Assembly: GCF_018350175.1 (NCBI RefSeq)
Contig: NC_058368.1
Span: 91,204,001-91,268,000 of the forward strand
Source of the DNA: Felis catus
Lineage: Eukaryota
Length of the DNA: 64,000 nucleotides
Direction: 5' to 3'
The notes beneath the pieces are model-generated. The model saw only the letters and a program-made list of their open reading frames with translations. It ran no database searches and had not been told where the DNA came from. The position numbers and the translations under genes are program-made. Below, in pieces: positions 41,435 through 54,054 of this stretch (within the stretch, counting starts at the first letter, position 1; every line of letters begins with the position of its first letter).

Positions 41435-42790
41435 TGCCTTCTCTTTCCTTCCTGTGGGACCCTTCCTAGGGGATGGGCAGGATCCAAAGGAGACGGAGCT
41501 GAGGGAAGGAAAAGAAACCATGAGAAATGAGGCTCCTGCAACAACAAAAAATAAAATACCTACAGAGAAACCAAATAAGATATGTGTGGTATTGACTTAA
41601 GAAAAACTGGAGTTTTTATTTATGAAATTTATTTTACTAAGCTATTTAGATTCATAAAGAAGGATGAATAGAGAGACATACCACATTCCTGGATAGGATG
41701 TCACAGTGTCCTTAAGTTGTCACTTCTTTGAAATTAATTTATAAACTTCACATATTTCCAACCAAGTTATACCAAGTAATTGTATTTTAAAGATCATTAT
41801 GGAAAAGAGGTTTTTTTAAAAAATTAATTGTGTTGTTTAACAACAGCCAGGAAACACTTGGAAGAATGATGAGGGAGGACCTATCCACCAGATATCTATA
41901 AAGCTACAGTAATTAGCACAGTGTTATGGAACAGGCTGAGTCATTTACCAGATATATTGTTGACCACCAACTGCGTTACCAGGTACCATTCCTAGCGGAG
42001 AGATACCATTACAAATACAGTTGTAAGTAAACCAGATAAATTTTCTCTCTCACAGATCATAGTCTAGCCGAGAAAAGGGTCAGTAGAACAAATTAAAACC
42101 CTTCCAACACAAACGGTTCAGAAAAAATTTTACACATAAGAATTCAGGATATGAAAAAGTGACATTTCATATCAGTGAGAAAAGGATGAACTAGGACTTA
42201 GAACAAGGGCTTACCATTTGGAAAATAAAAGTTTGCACATAAAATGAAGCTACAGTACTAGAAGTACAGATGAACTTTTTGTGATCATAATGGGATAGAT
42301 GATGTCCAAACACAGACTTGACACAGACTTGAAGGGATGGTTTTCATGTCTAACCATATGAAAATGTAACATTTCTGCCTAGTTAGAAAACACTGTATCA
42401 TACAAAATTTAAAAACAAAACTCAGATTGCATAAAAATATTCATTAGTGTTCATAATGCAAATTTAAACAACCTTCTCAGAAAGTTAGAGTATAGGAACA
42501 CCCAGACTTGATGTGGGTCCATCAGGTACACACTGCAAATGTTTACAAACTGCTACGTTTCTGGAGAGAATAAGATGTGGGATCAAAAGCCTTACAGTAT
42601 GACCCAGAAATTTCATGTGAAGAGATTTAAAGAATGAGACAGGGATGGCCTATATTGTTTATAACAGATGAGGAAGACAAAAAAAAAAAAAAAAAAAAAA
42701 AAAAGCTGAGAAAGACTACAGAGGCTTAAAGGAAGGAGTGAATAGGGCACAAACATACTTTTTCTCACACCCTTTAAAATGAGAATTGTT

Positions 42791-43009
42791 GGGGCGCCTG
42801 GGTGGCACAGTCGGTTAAGCGTCCGACTTCAGCCAGGTCACGATCTCGCGGTCCGTGAGTTCGAGCCCCGCGTCGGGCTCTGGGCTGATGGCTCAGAGCC
42901 TGGAGCCTGTTTCCGATTCTGTGTCTCCCTCTCTCTCTCTGCCCCTCCCCTGTTCATGCTCTGTCTCTCTCTGTCCCAAAAATAAATACACGTTGAAAAA
43001 AAAAATAAA
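42791..43009 (+). mobile_element. Young felid SINEC_Fc
   Basis: CpG-rich, near consensus; perfect TSD taaaatgagaattgtt. Confidence 0.92.
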
Positions 43010-43185
43010 TAAAATGAGAATTGTTTTTAAACATTAGTATAACTAGATGTTTTCAAAAAATGTTTTGTAAAGTTTTTTATCCACTTGGCTCAAGTGGTAC
43101 TTACACAGATAAAAACATTTGTAAAAAAATCGCGAAGCTTAACATTCGTGCACTTCAAACCCTTTCCAAATGTATTTCAAAACTC

Positions 43186-43208
43186 CTTTTTAATGTTTGT
43201 TTATTTTT

Positions 43209-43260
<52 letters not shown>

Positions 43261-43407
43261 GGCAGAGTGTGAACAGCGGAGGAGCAGAGAGAGGGGGAGA
43301 CACAGAATCTGAAGCACGCTCCAGGCTCTGAGCTGTCAGCACAGAGCCCGACATTGGTATCGAACTCAAGAACCGGGAGATCATGACCTGAGCCACCCAA
43401 GGCCCCA
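43186..43407 (-). mobile_element. Can-SINE with (GA)n(GACA)n
   Basis: Reverse SINEC. Confidence 0.85.
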
Positions 43408-43699
43408 CAAAACTCATTAACAGTAAATGGAGAAAAGGATACTGAAGTCCACATCTTTGTGTAAAAACAAAGCATTTCAATGTTCATATATATATACACG
43501 CCAAAATGCAGTTTTCAGGTAATTTTTTCCTTTATGCTCCTCTGAATTTTCTAGTTTTCCTATAGTGAACTTTTTCTTTTTGGGGGATGGGGGAGGAGGA
43601 GAAAAAATTGCTTTAAAAAAGGAAAGAAAAGGACTTCCTGAAATAGAAATCTGCACGGGGTTGCCCACCCCCACCCCCCCCCCCCATTCCTAGAGGAGA

Positions 43700-44500
43700 T
43701 GGGTCAAGGGGAGCCCACGCCAGCAGCGCTCGGAATCGGGAACCATAGAGGGCGCGTCCGCGAGATGAGGTCTACACAAAGGGCAGGTGCCGGAGCCCCC
43801 AGACAGCGCACCGGGTGCAGCATCCCCCCGAGACTTCTAAAGCGGGGCCCGGAGAAAGCCGGCAGGGAGGAACCCAGCGTGCGAACGACTCCCAGAGCCT
43901 TCGGCCCCTCACTGGCCCCTCGGGGGGGCCGCACCAGGTCCCCCGCCCTCGCCGCTCCTGACAGGTGGCGGCCCTCAGCTCTAGGTATTCCCACCCGGCC
44001 GGGCTCCCGGGACGAGAGAGGGCGCACCTGGAGCAAGCGGCCCGGCGCCGCGCAGGGACGGAGAGAGCGCGGCCCCGGGCCCATCCACCTCCGGCCCCGC
44101 CCCTCAGGGGCCTCGCCAGGCCGTCCCGGCTGCCTGCTGCTTGGGTCTCCGCCTGGCGCCAGCCCGATCCGGCCGGTCCCGCCGCAGCCCCGCACTCACC
44201 CTCTCCCTCTCCGAGCAGGGCAGGAGCAGCTAGTGCTCACGCAGTCCTGCCCGGCGCCTACGCCCGGGGCGCCGGACTACATTTCCCACAAGGCGGCAGG
44301 GATGCGGCGCCGGAGTGAGTGCGCAGGCGCGAGCCCGCGGGAGGGTGGGGCGCCTTCGACTGTAAGACCGTGGTGGCTTCTAGCAGCGCTGTCTCACGTT
44401 AGGGAGATTTTGTTTTGAGAAGCTGGGTGGGAACTGCGTGACGACCTTACCCCCGCTACCTCAAGGAAGCCCCTCCTCGTTAGAGCCTGTGGGTGCCTAA
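43700..44500 (-). promoter_or_regulatory. CpG-island promoter and non-coding exon 1 of ZFP2 (donor AGG|gtgagt at 44200/44199)
   Basis: CpG-dense; ZNF143/SBS-like ACTACATTTCCCACAAGGC 44276-44294; NRF1-like TGCGCAGGCGC 44320-44330. Confidence 0.85.
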
Positions 44501-44870
44501 CTCAGGCGTAAGGGAGAAAGGGGAAGAGAACCTTAAATAAGTCTCACTTTTCTGGTGTGAAATAACCAGTCTCTTCCAAAGTTTGTCAGAAGGTAGTAAC
44601 TTGCCGCATTCTTAGTGGGCACTACGTGAATGGTGATTAAGGTACCCCCAACCCTAGCTCAGTGTCAGGCACTATGCTAAGTGCTTCAAGATTAGCACAG
44701 TGTAGAATGCAGCAAAAATCTCCAGTTAAATATATGGCCAGAGTTGTTTCAGCTGGAACACTGGAGAAATAGATGACATTTGGTAGCTCAAGAGATCAAT
44801 ATGATAGTGTAGATTGTAATATTTCGTTTTATAAAGATAACTGCTAGTTTCTTCTGTCTCTTTCTACTGC

Positions 44871-45292
44871 TGTGACAAAGACTTGACCAAACTTCAGACA
44901 TTTCCCTCTGAGTCCTCTAGGCCACATCTTTGGGCCCAATCCCTGTCCTGCAGAGCCCTAGTTTTAGCAAGAATCCTGCTAAGTCAGTTTAGGTAGAAGC
45001 CCCATTCTTGATATATGATCAAGTTCCTTATCCTCTACTTTTGATGTTTACATTCTTGTCCTGCCTTTAGCAAGAATCCTATTGAGACAGGTTTGCAAGA
45101 ATCCCCCAACTTTGCTGTCTCCTTTTGGTAATTTTCCATCCATGATCCCCTTACTCTACTTGTTGCTGTAAATCTGCAGCTGTCTTTGCTGTATTGGGAG
45201 TGGAGTTCAATTTTACTGAAGCCTCTCTCCCCTATTGCAGTAGTACTGAATAAAATATTTCTTTACTACTTTTAACTAGTGTCTTTATTTAA
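44871..45292 (+). mobile_element. ERV1-type solo LTR (MER39/MER34-like)
   Basis: TG start, repeated tttagcaagaatcct, tagtactgaataaa poly-A signal. Confidence 0.7.
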
Positions 45293-45622
45293 CTAACTTT
45301 ATTTCCTTTGAGAGCAGCCCCAACTATTGCAAAATGTTGAAAAATATGAAAGTCTTCACGATTCATTTATCCAAGCTAAGTAAGGTAATGCATATAGTAC
45401 CAAACTAAGTAAAAAATATGTCATTACAGTATGACAAATACCTTGAACCAACAGTTTATCCACCACTACAGGGCATTCTTACATTAGCAACTACATGAAC
45501 ATATTCATCATAGTTGCTCTGGTATAGAAATGGTGCTTGATAAAACTCAAAACATAAAGCGTGCAATTTCCAAACAAGTAGGCAGAGGGTATGGAACAGG
45601 GAAGAGGGAAGACAAAATAAAT

Positions 45623-45653
45623 AACATGACATGACATGACATGACATGACATG
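45623..45653 (+). repeat. (CATGA)n microsatellite
   Basis: Read directly. Confidence 0.9.
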
Positions 45654-47001
45654 AACTACATCCACAAAAAAAAAAAAAAAACTAACAACCCAGAAACAAA
45701 AATTTAGACCAAATGTACGTAAGGAGATGGTAGCAATAAACCTAGGTCTATCAGTAACTACTAGATATGCACATGGAATGAACTTTCGAATTAAAAATAT
45801 TGTAAGACTAGATTTTTAAAAATATAGATATCTACTAAAACAAGGATACACACATAAGTAGAAAGATGGAAAAAGATACACCTGGCAAATAATTAAACAA
45901 AGAAAATTCATGTGGCTACATTTGGTTAAATGCAAAATAACACGTTAAGAAAAAACACTACTAGAAGTAGGAAAAGTAATTACATAGCAATAAAAAGTTA
46001 ATTCACCAAGAAAATATTAATAAACTCATGTATTTAACGATGTAGCTTCAAAATATATAAAGCAAAAATTGACAAGAGAATTGACAAATCCATTACAGAG
46101 ATATTTTTAACTTATTATTATCAGTAACTGATAGAAAAGCTGATCCTCAACTCCCCCCAAAAAAGTCACCAAGTATATAGAATTTCTGAACAAAAATTAA
46201 TGTTTGATTTAATGTAGAGACATATAGAAATTCCAAAATTAATGAAAACACATTTTTAACACTTTTATTTTAAAAAATTACCTCATGCTAGGCTATAAAG
46301 TAGTCTCAAAAATTTCAAAGAACTGGTATCAGAAAAACCACACAATTTCATAACAATGCCAATTAGACATTTTTTTAAAAGATCAGAAACTTCTTTAAAA
46401 ATTTAGGTAAAGGTACTATTTAGAGACTGGGCCAGTCACGCTAACAGATTCTTTCCTTTACCACACTCTCATCAGACTCTTCTGAGCTTTTTTAAAAACT
46501 GCCCCCTTGTTGCAGCAAGTACATACATACCTCCTTAATACTTGGACCTGAGGCTGCCTTTCCCTTCTCAAATTGTCATCCCTATTTCCTTAACTCAGGG
46601 GGAACCCTGCTTTCTGCCTGGATCCCTTCCTCACTGCATCCCTTCCAGCTCCAGAAGTTCTGAGCTGGGACAGCCAGGATGGTTCCTGCCTCCAGACAGC
46701 GCCCTGCACTCCTGTCGTTATGCTTCATTGTAGTTCATCGGGCTTTTTACTCATTTGATGCTGGAAGGAAGTATGGATCTTGTGACTTCATTACAGACGG
46801 AAGGGGAAGCTCAAGATTCTTTATTACCTTAAAATGACATATTACTAGCTTCGTTCTTAAAACATTAGATTATTATTTTCAATACCGTGATCTCCCATAT
46901 TTTAACAAATTCACAGGTAAGACATTAATGGATTACCTAATGTTAAAATATCTTTTAATTTTTTTTGATTAGGTGACTCAACTGAATTATTAAGAATCTT
47001 T

Positions 47002-48148
47002 CTTTTTAACTTGTGTATAGTTGACAAATGTTACATTAGTCTCAGGTGTACAACATAGTGATTAAGTTTATACATTATGCTATGTTCACCACACGTGTAG
47101 TAGCTACCATCTGTCACAATACCATGCTATTGCCTTATCATTGAGTATATTCCATATGCTGTACTTTAAAATTTTTAATGTTTATTTGAGAGAGAGAGAG
47201 AGAGAGAGAGAGTGCATGAGCAGGGGAGGGACAGAGAGAAACAGACAGAATCTAAAGCAGGCTCCAGGCTCTGAGCTGTCAGCACAGAGCCAGACGTGGG
47301 GCTTGAACCCATGAACTTTGAGATCATGACCTGAGCCGAAGTTGGATGCTCAACTGACTGAGCCACCCACGTGCCCCCTATGCTGTACCTTTTATTCTTG
47401 TGACTTATTCATTCCATAAATGGAAGCCCGTACCTCCCACTCTCCCTCACCCATTTTACCTGTGCCCCCCCATAGTTTGTCCTCTATATTTATAGGTATG
47501 ATTCTGCTTTTTGTGTGCTTATTCATTTGTTTTTGGTTTTGTTTCTTTAGATTCCACATAAAAATGAAATCATATGGTATTCGTATTTCTCAGTCTGACT
47601 TAAGGAACCCTTATACACTGTTGGTGGGAATGTTGGCATAGCCACTGTGGAAAACAATATGGATTTTCCTCAAAAGTTAGAAATACTATATGGTCCAATA
47701 TTTCCACTACTGCATATTGACCCTAAGAACACAAAAACACTAATTTGAAAGATATATGCACCCCTATGGTTTTTTTTTTTTTTAAGTTTATTCTGAGAGA
47801 GAGCGAGAGAAAGCACAAGTGGGGGTAGGGATAGAGAGAGAATCCCAAGCAGGCTCCGAGCTGTCAGCTTAGAGCGAGATGTGGGGCTCAGGACCACAAA
47901 CCACGAGATCATGACCTGAGCTGAATGAGTTTAACTGACTGACCCACCCAGGTGCCCCTGCACCCCTATGTTTATTGCAGCATTATTTACAATAGCCAAG
48001 ATATGGAAACCACCTAAGTGTCCACCATTGATAGATGAATAGATAAGAAAGATGTGGCATATATACACAATGGATTATACTCATTCATAAAGAGGATGAT
48101 AACTGCTGCCATTTGTGACAACATGGATGGGTATTATGCTAATGAAAT
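47002..48148 (-). mobile_element. L1 3' end with 5' inversion (minus 47002-47602, plus 47603-48148), carrying two Can-SINEs (47165-47378, 47770-47958, both -)
   Basis: The segments join as ...tatgctaatgaaat|aagtcagactgagaaa in L1 sense; degenerate TSD tattaa(g/a)aat(c/t)tt. Confidence 0.8.
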
Positions 48149-48959
48149 ATTAAAAATTTTAAGGCAACAAAGGAAGACAAAGAAACTGAGGGACAAGAGC
48201 AGCCTTTTGATCACAACAATCTAACATCCATTTTCTTTTTTTCTATATTTCTCACCCCAGGCTTAGGACCTTTCTTAGCCCTAAGTTCCTGTCCTGGCCC
48301 ACAGGGCAGCTCCATGGATAACAGGCCTGTGACTCTGTGTACCTGGAACTCTGACTTTGCCCACAGAATCCTGGTCAGTAGCCTGGTAAATGAGGCTCCT
48401 TACAAGGACAGATATCACATTTCCTGAAGCAAAGGAAGAACCCTTCCAGGCCAGGAATTCTTTAGTTAAAATCCTTTTGTTCTGTCAGTTTTCAGATTTT
48501 TTCATTCATTACTGAACCTGAATAATATCCAGACACACAGATACTTCCTGACAGGTTTTTGAGTACAGGGATCAGATGTTACTTCTACCAGTGATGCTGT
48601 TTCCTGACCTTTCCATTTAAAGATTTATCATCTCCCACCAGCAAACATAAAGGCGCCCTGAGTGAGAGAGATCAGTACTTCAAAGAGAGGGAGCCACATA
48701 TGCAAATGTACAGGTGGGTGATAGCATGGCACATTTGTAAAACATCTATTAAATAATGAGAATGACAGAGGTTGAAGCTTGAGAAGAAGGCAGAGGCCAA
48801 TTAAGACCAAAGGTCTTAATTGCTATTCTAAAGGAATTTGAATTTGATTCTGAAATTATAGAACCAATTAAAGATTATATGTAAGGGAAATTGCTCTGAC
48901 GATAATGTGTGGAGAATGAGTTTAGGAGGTCGAAGATAACTGAACAGACTGAAGCTTAG

Positions 48960-49137
48960 AAGTTAAGCACCTGACTCTTGATTTCGGCTCAGGTCATAAT
49001 CTCACTGTTTGTGAGATCAAACCCCAGATCAGGCTCTGCACTGACAGCGCAGAGCCTGCTTGGGATTCTCTCTCCCTCTCTCTCTGTCCCTGCCCTGCTC
49101 TCAAGCATGTGCTGTCTCAAATAATTTTTTTTTTTTA
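48960..49137 (+). mobile_element. Can-SINE (5'-truncated)
   Basis: SINEC body. Confidence 0.8.
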
Positions 49138-49842
49138 AGGGAGTACTTATTTCACTCTCTGGAGAATTGCTATTCTTTCAAAACTGGGCTCAGGCATCAC
49201 TGTCATATAGGTCACTGTATATGGTCAAGGTCCCTTGGTTAGGCTCTGTTCCTTCTTTCTGAATCCTGTTTAAATCTCTATAAGATGTTCTGTAACACAG
49301 TATCATTGTAACCTCTATTTCTCTGTGAAAAATACTTCAATACGTTATGATAATTTGCTTATTTATTCACTATTCCCTTCAACCCCATCCTCTCAATTCA
49401 TGACTTCTTGAAGATAGGGACTGTTTCTCTTTTCTGTATAATTACCAGCGCCCAGGATAGTGCTTGGCTCAAACCTGGGATTAAGCAAACCATTTCTAAG
49501 GCTTAGAATTATTTCCTTTATTTGCCTTTGCAGTCTTTTTTTTTTTTTTATTTGAAAAGATCAAGTAGGGAAAACATGCTTTTATTTCATGAGATTGATT
49601 CATTTTCAAGATGTTGTCACAGTGACATGTTCTTTAAATTACTTCTTAGGATTTCTTTTGCAGCCAACTAAAAAAAAATATTAATAGCTTTAACTCTGAA
49701 GCTATTAACCTGGAAGTTAAAAAACTACATTTTTTCTACTTAAATTAACATGCTGTTCAGAACACAGCAAGTACAGTTAAATAATAAATGACTTCAAGGC
49801 GACTAAGAAGTAATTCTGAGAACAAAATTAGAAATTGTTTTA

Positions 49843-50025
49843 GGGGCACCTGGTTGGCTCAGTCTCACAATTTGTGGGTTTGAGCCCCACGTTGGGCTCT
49901 GTGCTGACAGCTCAGAGCCTGGAGCCTGCTTCAGATTCTGTCTTCCTCTCTCTCTGCCCATCTCCCGCTCATGACCTGTATGTCTCTCCAAAATAAATAA
50001 ATGTTAAAAAAAAAATTTTTTTAAA
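49843..50025 (+). mobile_element. Can-SINE with internal deletion
   Basis: TSD agaaattgtttt. Confidence 0.85.
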
Positions 50026-50622
50026 GAAATTGTTTTAAAAATTTTGGGAGACTCTTAGATGTAGTTTGGAAATAACTAGAAGAATAAAGGAGCAAGAGAA
50101 CAGGGTTTTTTTTTTTTTCCTTTCTCTTTTTTTAATGAAAACCATGCAGAACGTTTGACAACAGTTTTGCAAAAGGCAAATTCCAGAGACTGAGGTAGTT
50201 TGCAGTTTGTTTTTTACCTATTATTTGGTCTACATGTGCATATATTTTAAGATCAATTATCTTTTGCTACTGGCTCATACAGTGGATGTCTTTGAGAAAC
50301 CCAGAATTCCTACCCCCAGATTTTTCTCATGTTTACCTATCACATATAGTGTATAATGCTCTATAAAGAGATAGAAAAATCCCCATCTTTTATCTTACAA
50401 GTGGTTAAAATCAGTATTTGCAACTGTGATTTACTTGTCTTGGGATATTTTCAAAAGTGACAGAAAGGTACAAAAGTTTTCCATATACTCATTACATACT
50501 CAAAGCTTTTTATCCTTAGAATTTAATATCTGATGAAAACAAAATTAAAATAGATACGTTTTCTCATGTTCATTACATTTATTAAATCAATCTCAAATAT
50601 GTATCTTGTGATGAGCTTTGGT

Positions 50623-52205
50623 TTAAGGCTTGCACACATGCAAATCTACTTTCAAGGAATCTTCTTCAATGTGGATTTTGTAATGATTAGTAAGGGATGA
50701 CCTCTGGCTGAAAAGTTTCCCACATGTATTACATTCATAGGGTTTCTCTCCAGTATGAATTCTTTGATGGGCAATAAGTGATGAGCTCTGTCTGAAAGTT
50801 TTCCCACATGTGTTACACTCAAAGGGTTTTTCTCCTGTATGAATCCTCTGATGTTGAATAAGAGCTGCACTTTGGCCAAAAGATATCCCACATTCCAGAC
50901 ATCGATATGGTTTCTCTCCTGTGTGAATTCTCTGGTGGTTACTAAGGGATGAGTTACACCTGAATGTTTTCCCACACTCGTTGCATTTATAGGGTCTTTC
51001 TCCAGTGTGCATTCTCTGATGTTGAATGAGGGCTGAACTCTGCCTGAAGGCTTTCCCACACACTTTACATTTACACGGTTTCTCTCCAGTGTGAATTCTT
51101 TCATGGATGATCAGCGTCGAGTGGGAACTTAAGGCTTTACCACATTCATTACAATTGTACAGTTTCTCACCAGTATGAATAATACGGTGTCTATTCAGTC
51201 GGGAAATCGAAGTAAAACCTTTTCCACATTCGTTGCATCGATAGGGCTTTTCTCCAGTGTGAATTCTTTCATGCTGAATAAGAGATGCGCTCTGACTGAA
51301 GGCTCTCCCGCATTCACTACACTTAAAAGGTTTCTCTCCTGTGTGAATCCTCTGATGATAACGAAGGGATGAACTAGACTTGAAGGTGTTGCCACATTCA
51401 TTGCATAAATAGGACTTCTTTCTGAGGTGAATTCTCTGACATCCAGGAAGGCCAGATGCCTTCCTACCTGGATTATATTTATGGGGATTTTCTCGAGCAT
51501 GGATTTTTTGATGTATAAAAAGGCCAGATCTCCTGCTGAAGGATTTACCACATTCTTTACATCTATAGGATTTCTCCACAGTATGGATTCTAAGGTGTTT
51601 ACAAAGGGACGCACTATGGCTGAAAGCTTTCCCACATTCTTTACAGATATAGGGTTTCTCTCCAGTATGAGTTCTTTGATGTTGAATGAGAGCTGAACTT
51701 TGGCTAAAGGCTTTCAAACATTCTTTACATTTAAATAATTTCTCTCCAGTGTGGTTTTTCTGATGTTTACGAAGGGATGAATTGTGAATGAAGGCTTTTT
51801 CACATATATTACATTTATAGCGTTTCTCTGCTATCTTGATTTTTGGTTGGTTAAGTAAATTTGAATTCTGCTTGAAGCTATTTCTTTGTATTTCATATTT
51901 TGAGGGTGTTTTTTCTCTAGCGACCCTCTGTTGCTTCACAAAGACTGATCTCAGGCTGAAATTTTGGCCAAAGTCAGTATTTTTATGGCTTCTTTCTACA
52001 GTGAGGAGTTTTGTATGGGTGATTGAAATTATTTGTAAACTTTCATTTTTGTCCTTTTGTTTCTTTAATCTGTCTTCATATACACAGGATTTTTCTGATA
52101 TGAAATTCCAGGGTTCATCCCTTTTGAGTCTTTTCCTTATTAGCTCCTGAAATAATGAATCTTGAGTTTGAGTTGACTTTGTCGTTTTAGGACTGCTCTT
52201 ATATC
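50623..52205 (-). CDS. ZNF354B: ZNF354-family (Kid) last exon: linker plus 13 C2H2 fingers in 4+9 clusters; most likely ZNF354B, ZNF354A not excluded
   Basis: Acceptor ttttttccag|GA at 52206/52205, open to the stop at 50623; [11 protein letters not shown] linker; C-terminus [12 protein letters not shown] like recalled ZNF354B; adjacent to ZFP2. Confidence 0.82.
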
Positions 52206-52403
52206 CTGGAAAAAAAAAAATGCTTATGATTCACATGACTGGCTGAAACTTAATGTGTACAAAGAATAAATGTTAATGATACCTAAATAAGGGCTTGCTT
52301 TCTGGCTTCCTAGCAAGAGAAAAAAATAAATAATAATGGATGATGGCAAAGGACAAGGGTGACTAAAAAAATCAAAGAAGCTCATTTAAGGAAGCTGAGA
52401 GGT

Positions 52404-52570
52404 GGGGCGCCTGGGTGGCTCAGTCGCTTAAGCATCCAAATTCGGCTCAGGTCATGATCTCATGATTCGTGGGTTCAAGCCCTGTGTCGGGGTCTGTGCT
52501 GACAGCTCAGAGCCTGGAGCCTGCTTCGGATTCTGTGTCTCCCTCTCTCTCTGCCCCTCCCATGCTCATG

Positions 52571-52601
<31 letters not shown>

Positions 52602-52640
52602 AAAAATAAATGAACATTATAAAAAAAAAAAAAAAAAAAA
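52404..52640 (+). mobile_element. Can-SINE
   Basis: SINEC consensus. Confidence 0.9.
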
Positions 52641-53124
52641 GTAAGGTGAGAGTGTACAAGTGACCAGGAGAATGAATGCAGAGGCAGGATTGGAGGATTA
52701 GGACATGCGGTCTGGCATCCAAAGCCTATGACAGACTTATACATTATTTCCATGACATTGTTCTCATTAATGCAATTATTTCTACTGCTGAATGTCATCC
52801 CTCCAAACTTTTCTGTAGCCTTCAGACTCAGTTCCAGCATTAACTCCTCTGTGTACCCTGTGTACCCTGTGTGCCGTGGGCACTGGGTTCACTGGAGGCT
52901 CCAGTACCCTTTCACAATCCATTCCCTTTATTATACCACTTACTGTGGTATATATTTTAATTTATATACCTAAGGGAGAAAATTATGAGCATATTCAGAG
53001 ACAATGAGAAAGCCTTCAAAAAAACTCAGTAGTAAAAACATTGAAGAAAATAAGAATTTAGGGATACTTTCTCAACATGCTAAAATACATATATTTTACT
53101 CCTAAAACCAGTATCTTTTTAAAA

Positions 53125-53335
53125 AAATATTTAATGTTTATTTATTTTTGAGACAGAGACACACAGAGTGCAAGTGGGAGAGGGACAGAGAGAGAGGGAG
53201 ACACAGAATATGAAGCAGACTCCAGGCTCTGAGCTCTCAGCACAGAGCCTGAAGCAGGGCTTGAACTCACAAATAGTGAGATCATGACCTGAGCCGAAGT
53301 CAGACGCTTGACTGACTGAGCCACCCAGGCGCCCC
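53125..53335 (-). mobile_element. Can-SINE
   Basis: TSD accagtatctt. Confidence 0.9.
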
Positions 53336-53376
53336 TACCAGTATCTTATTTAATGAAGAAACACATTTCCACTGTG

Positions 53377-53433
53377 ATTGTATTGTATTGTATTGTATTG
53401 TATTGTATTGTATTGTATTGTGTTGTATTGTAT
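53377..53433 (+). repeat. (TATTG)n microsatellite
   Basis: Read directly. Confidence 0.92.
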
Positions 53434-53822
53434 TAATACAGTTACATAAGAAAAATCAGATACACAAGGATGAGTGAAGAGGAAATAAACTAGCCCTATT
53501 TGCTGGTGATATTATACTCTATCTACTTAACTCCAGAAAACCAACAATAAAAACTTGGTCAGTGATGTAGCAGGATAGAAAATTAACATGCTACAGACAA
53601 TAACCTTCACTGACCCTAACAAAGGATTAGAGGAACGAATTTACAGGAAATGTAAAAAAACTTCTATGAAGAAAATTTGAAAACAGTCTTGAATGACATT
53701 AAAGTACATCTGAACGAATGGAATGACCTCTTCTATTCTTGGGTGGACCAACTTATTGTTATAAAAATATAAAGATATTTTAAAGAAAATACATAAAAAT
53801 ATTTTAAATCCTGTGTAGAGAT

Positions 53823-53900
53823 CAGGATTTCTCAACCTCAGCTGACATTTGGGGATAGATAATTCTTTGTTGTGGGGCTGCCCTGTGCTTTAGCACCTAC
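53823..53900 (+). mobile_element. MER20-like hAT DNA transposon fragment
   Basis: ttctcaacctcagc..gacatttgggg..gataattctttgttgtggggctgccctgtgc. Confidence 0.7.
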
Positions 53901-54054
53901 CCTTTCTACCACTCCTACCTTCCCATGTTTACACTTTCCATAATAAAACTAAAAATTAACTCTTCTTCCACTTTCTGTTATTTATTGCAATAGGAGTGAA
54001 TAGATTAATCTTTTTCCTCTTAAAGATCATATCTAATAAGAGACCTGCAACTTT

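Noticed and set aside
43699..44418. 239-aa and 163-aa Pro/Arg/Gly-rich ORFs (and similar ORFs at 16963-17545)
   Set aside because: Stop-poor CpG-island sequence with no recognisable domain
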